DNA from: a virus
Direction: 5' to 3' (one strand)
IMG/VR virus record: IMGVR_UViG_3300045988_136181
Location: 1-6,327 of that record
Length of the DNA stretch: 6,327 nt
The position numbers were made by a program, and so were the translations under genes. Positions 5,346-6,327 of the stretch are shown piece by piece. Every line of letters begins with the position of its first letter. Position 1 is the stretch's first letter. The notes below the pieces were generated by a model. It did no database searches. It was not told the origin of the DNA and was given only the letters and a program-made list of their open reading frames with translations.

Positions 5346-6327
5346 TTAATTAGAATAAGGAAGACCATAACGGCTAAGGTTACGAGTAACATAAGCCATA
5401 TTAACCATTCCAACATACAATTTATCATCAGAAACAAGATAATTGTTCTGATTAACAAAGATACTGTTACATAAAGACGGTCGACAATTAAAGAGTTCTG
5501 GGGCAATCTGCATAGAAGAAAGATTATGACGGCAAATCTCATCAATCATATCAGAAGGAAGACCTGTAACCCAAGAATTCAGAGTAAAGCAAAAATCACC
5601 ATTATATTTATCGTAATTAGTCTTGTACTCAGAATATCGAGGGGCATAACCGTAGGACTTAATAAAATTTTGGTCATCGACAAAACCTACCCTAACACCA
5701 TCAAAAGAAGGTGCTTGAACCTCAAAAAGATAATTCTGCTGCATACCAATTGAATCCATTTCAGGGATAACAAAATCAGAAGCATCAGTCTTACAAAGAG
5801 AACGGTCAATTCCGATGTGAGCATAATCAAGGACAGGAGTACAACGATAAATGCCCATCACAACACCATAAGTATCGGCAGTAAACTTAATCTTAGAAGA
5901 ACCATTACCGATAGGAGAAGCTTTATAATCAGCTTGACCGTCACCAGAAAGATTTTGATTAACGATAGGATTAATATCAATCATAGAAGAAGAACCACCA
6001 ATAAAATAAGATGTATCATCAGCGTGTTTAGGCTTAACACCAAAATGAGCCTCAATCTGAGACGCAAAATCGATATCATTTGCCAACTGAATCTCCTTGT
6101 ATTTCTGAGCAGCATAAGCCTGACGAAGAGACAAGATAGACAGAGAAAGAGAATCAGCATCTATAATGTGAGAATGCCTAAGAGTATCAGTAGAAACACC
6201 AGAAGTAGAAGCAAGACTACCATAACGAGAACTTGAGGGATCTTTAGTAGTGACAACTGGAACACCAGAAGGAAAAGAATCAGAAGAACCTAAAGAAAAC
6301 CAAGAGTAACCATCTACATTAGTCTGA
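5346..6327 (-). CDS. VP1: Major capsid protein, C-terminal part (309 codons, 6272..5346, including the stop); 6273..6327 duplicates 1..55
   Basis: The track shows only 5346..6134 from an internal TTG. I checked codons 6135..6327 in the same frame and found no stop. The frame is in phase with 1..963 (927 + 963 = 1890 nt). The sequence reads ...LSILSLRQAYAAQKYKEIQ...GGSSSMIDINPIV...YGVVMGIYRCTPVLDY...YAPRYSEYKTNYDK...RYGLPYSN. Confidence 0.95.
   Translation of the reverse strand, partial: QTNVDGYSWFSLGSSDSFPSGVPVVTTKDPSSSRYGSLASTSGVSTDTLRHSHIIDADSLSLSILSLRQAYAAQKYKEIQLANDIDFASQIEAHFGVKPKHADDTSYFIGGSSSMIDINPIVNQNLSGDGQADYKASPIGNGSSKIKFTADTYGVVMGIYRCTPVLDYAHIGIDRSLCKTDASDFVIPEMDSIGMQQNYLFEVQAPSFDGVRVGFVDDQNFIKSYGYAPRYSEYKTNYDKYNGDFCFTLNSWVTGLPSDMIDEICRHNLSSMQIAPELFNCRPSLCNSIFVNQNNYLVSDDKLYVGMVNMAYVTRNLSRYGLPYSN
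6273..6327. repeat. Terminal direct repeat, copy 2 (identical to 1..55)
   Basis: Exact 55-nt identity with the window start. Confidence 0.95.

Noticed and set aside
6132-6134. Track start (TTG) of the 262-aa ORF at 6134, and the TTG/GTG starts at 4856 and 2477
   Set aside because: The codon at 6134 is internal to the capsid gene, which stays open to the window end and continues at 1..963. For VP2 and Rep the nearby in-frame ATGs (4832 and 2471) are more plausible starts.

Overview
The window is one complete, circularly permuted genome of a small ssDNA phage of the family Microviridae. The unit length is 6272 nt. Nt 1-55 recur exactly at 6273-6327, which is the overlap expected when a circle is assembled as a linear contig. 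All credible genes lie on the minus strand. That strand is T-rich and should correspond to the packaged viral strand. Gene order on the minus strand is: 81-aa ORF, 66-aa membrane or lipoprotein-like ORF, replication initiator (VP4-type HUH Rep, 496 aa), major capsid protein (VP1-type, 629 aa, split across the window ends but in frame across the junction), acidic 149-aa ORF, GC hairpin plus T-tract terminator, then VP2-type pilot or minor capsid protein (339 aa). The large capsid and Rep proteins, the 6.3 kb size and the lack of Shine-Dalgarno sequences suggest an Alpavirinae-like microvirus of a Bacteroidota host. This is inferred from memory of these families and not checked by any search. 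The unusual part is a 789-nt non-coding region (3024-3812, about one eighth of the genome). It contains a 28-bp dif-like 11-6-11 palindrome (possible XerC/D attP), an array of perfect GC-rich hairpins in a local GC island, a 15-nt direct repeat bracketing most of that island, and ATGATA-type iterons phased at 10 nt. I found no rRNA, tRNA, CRISPR array, integrase or transposase.
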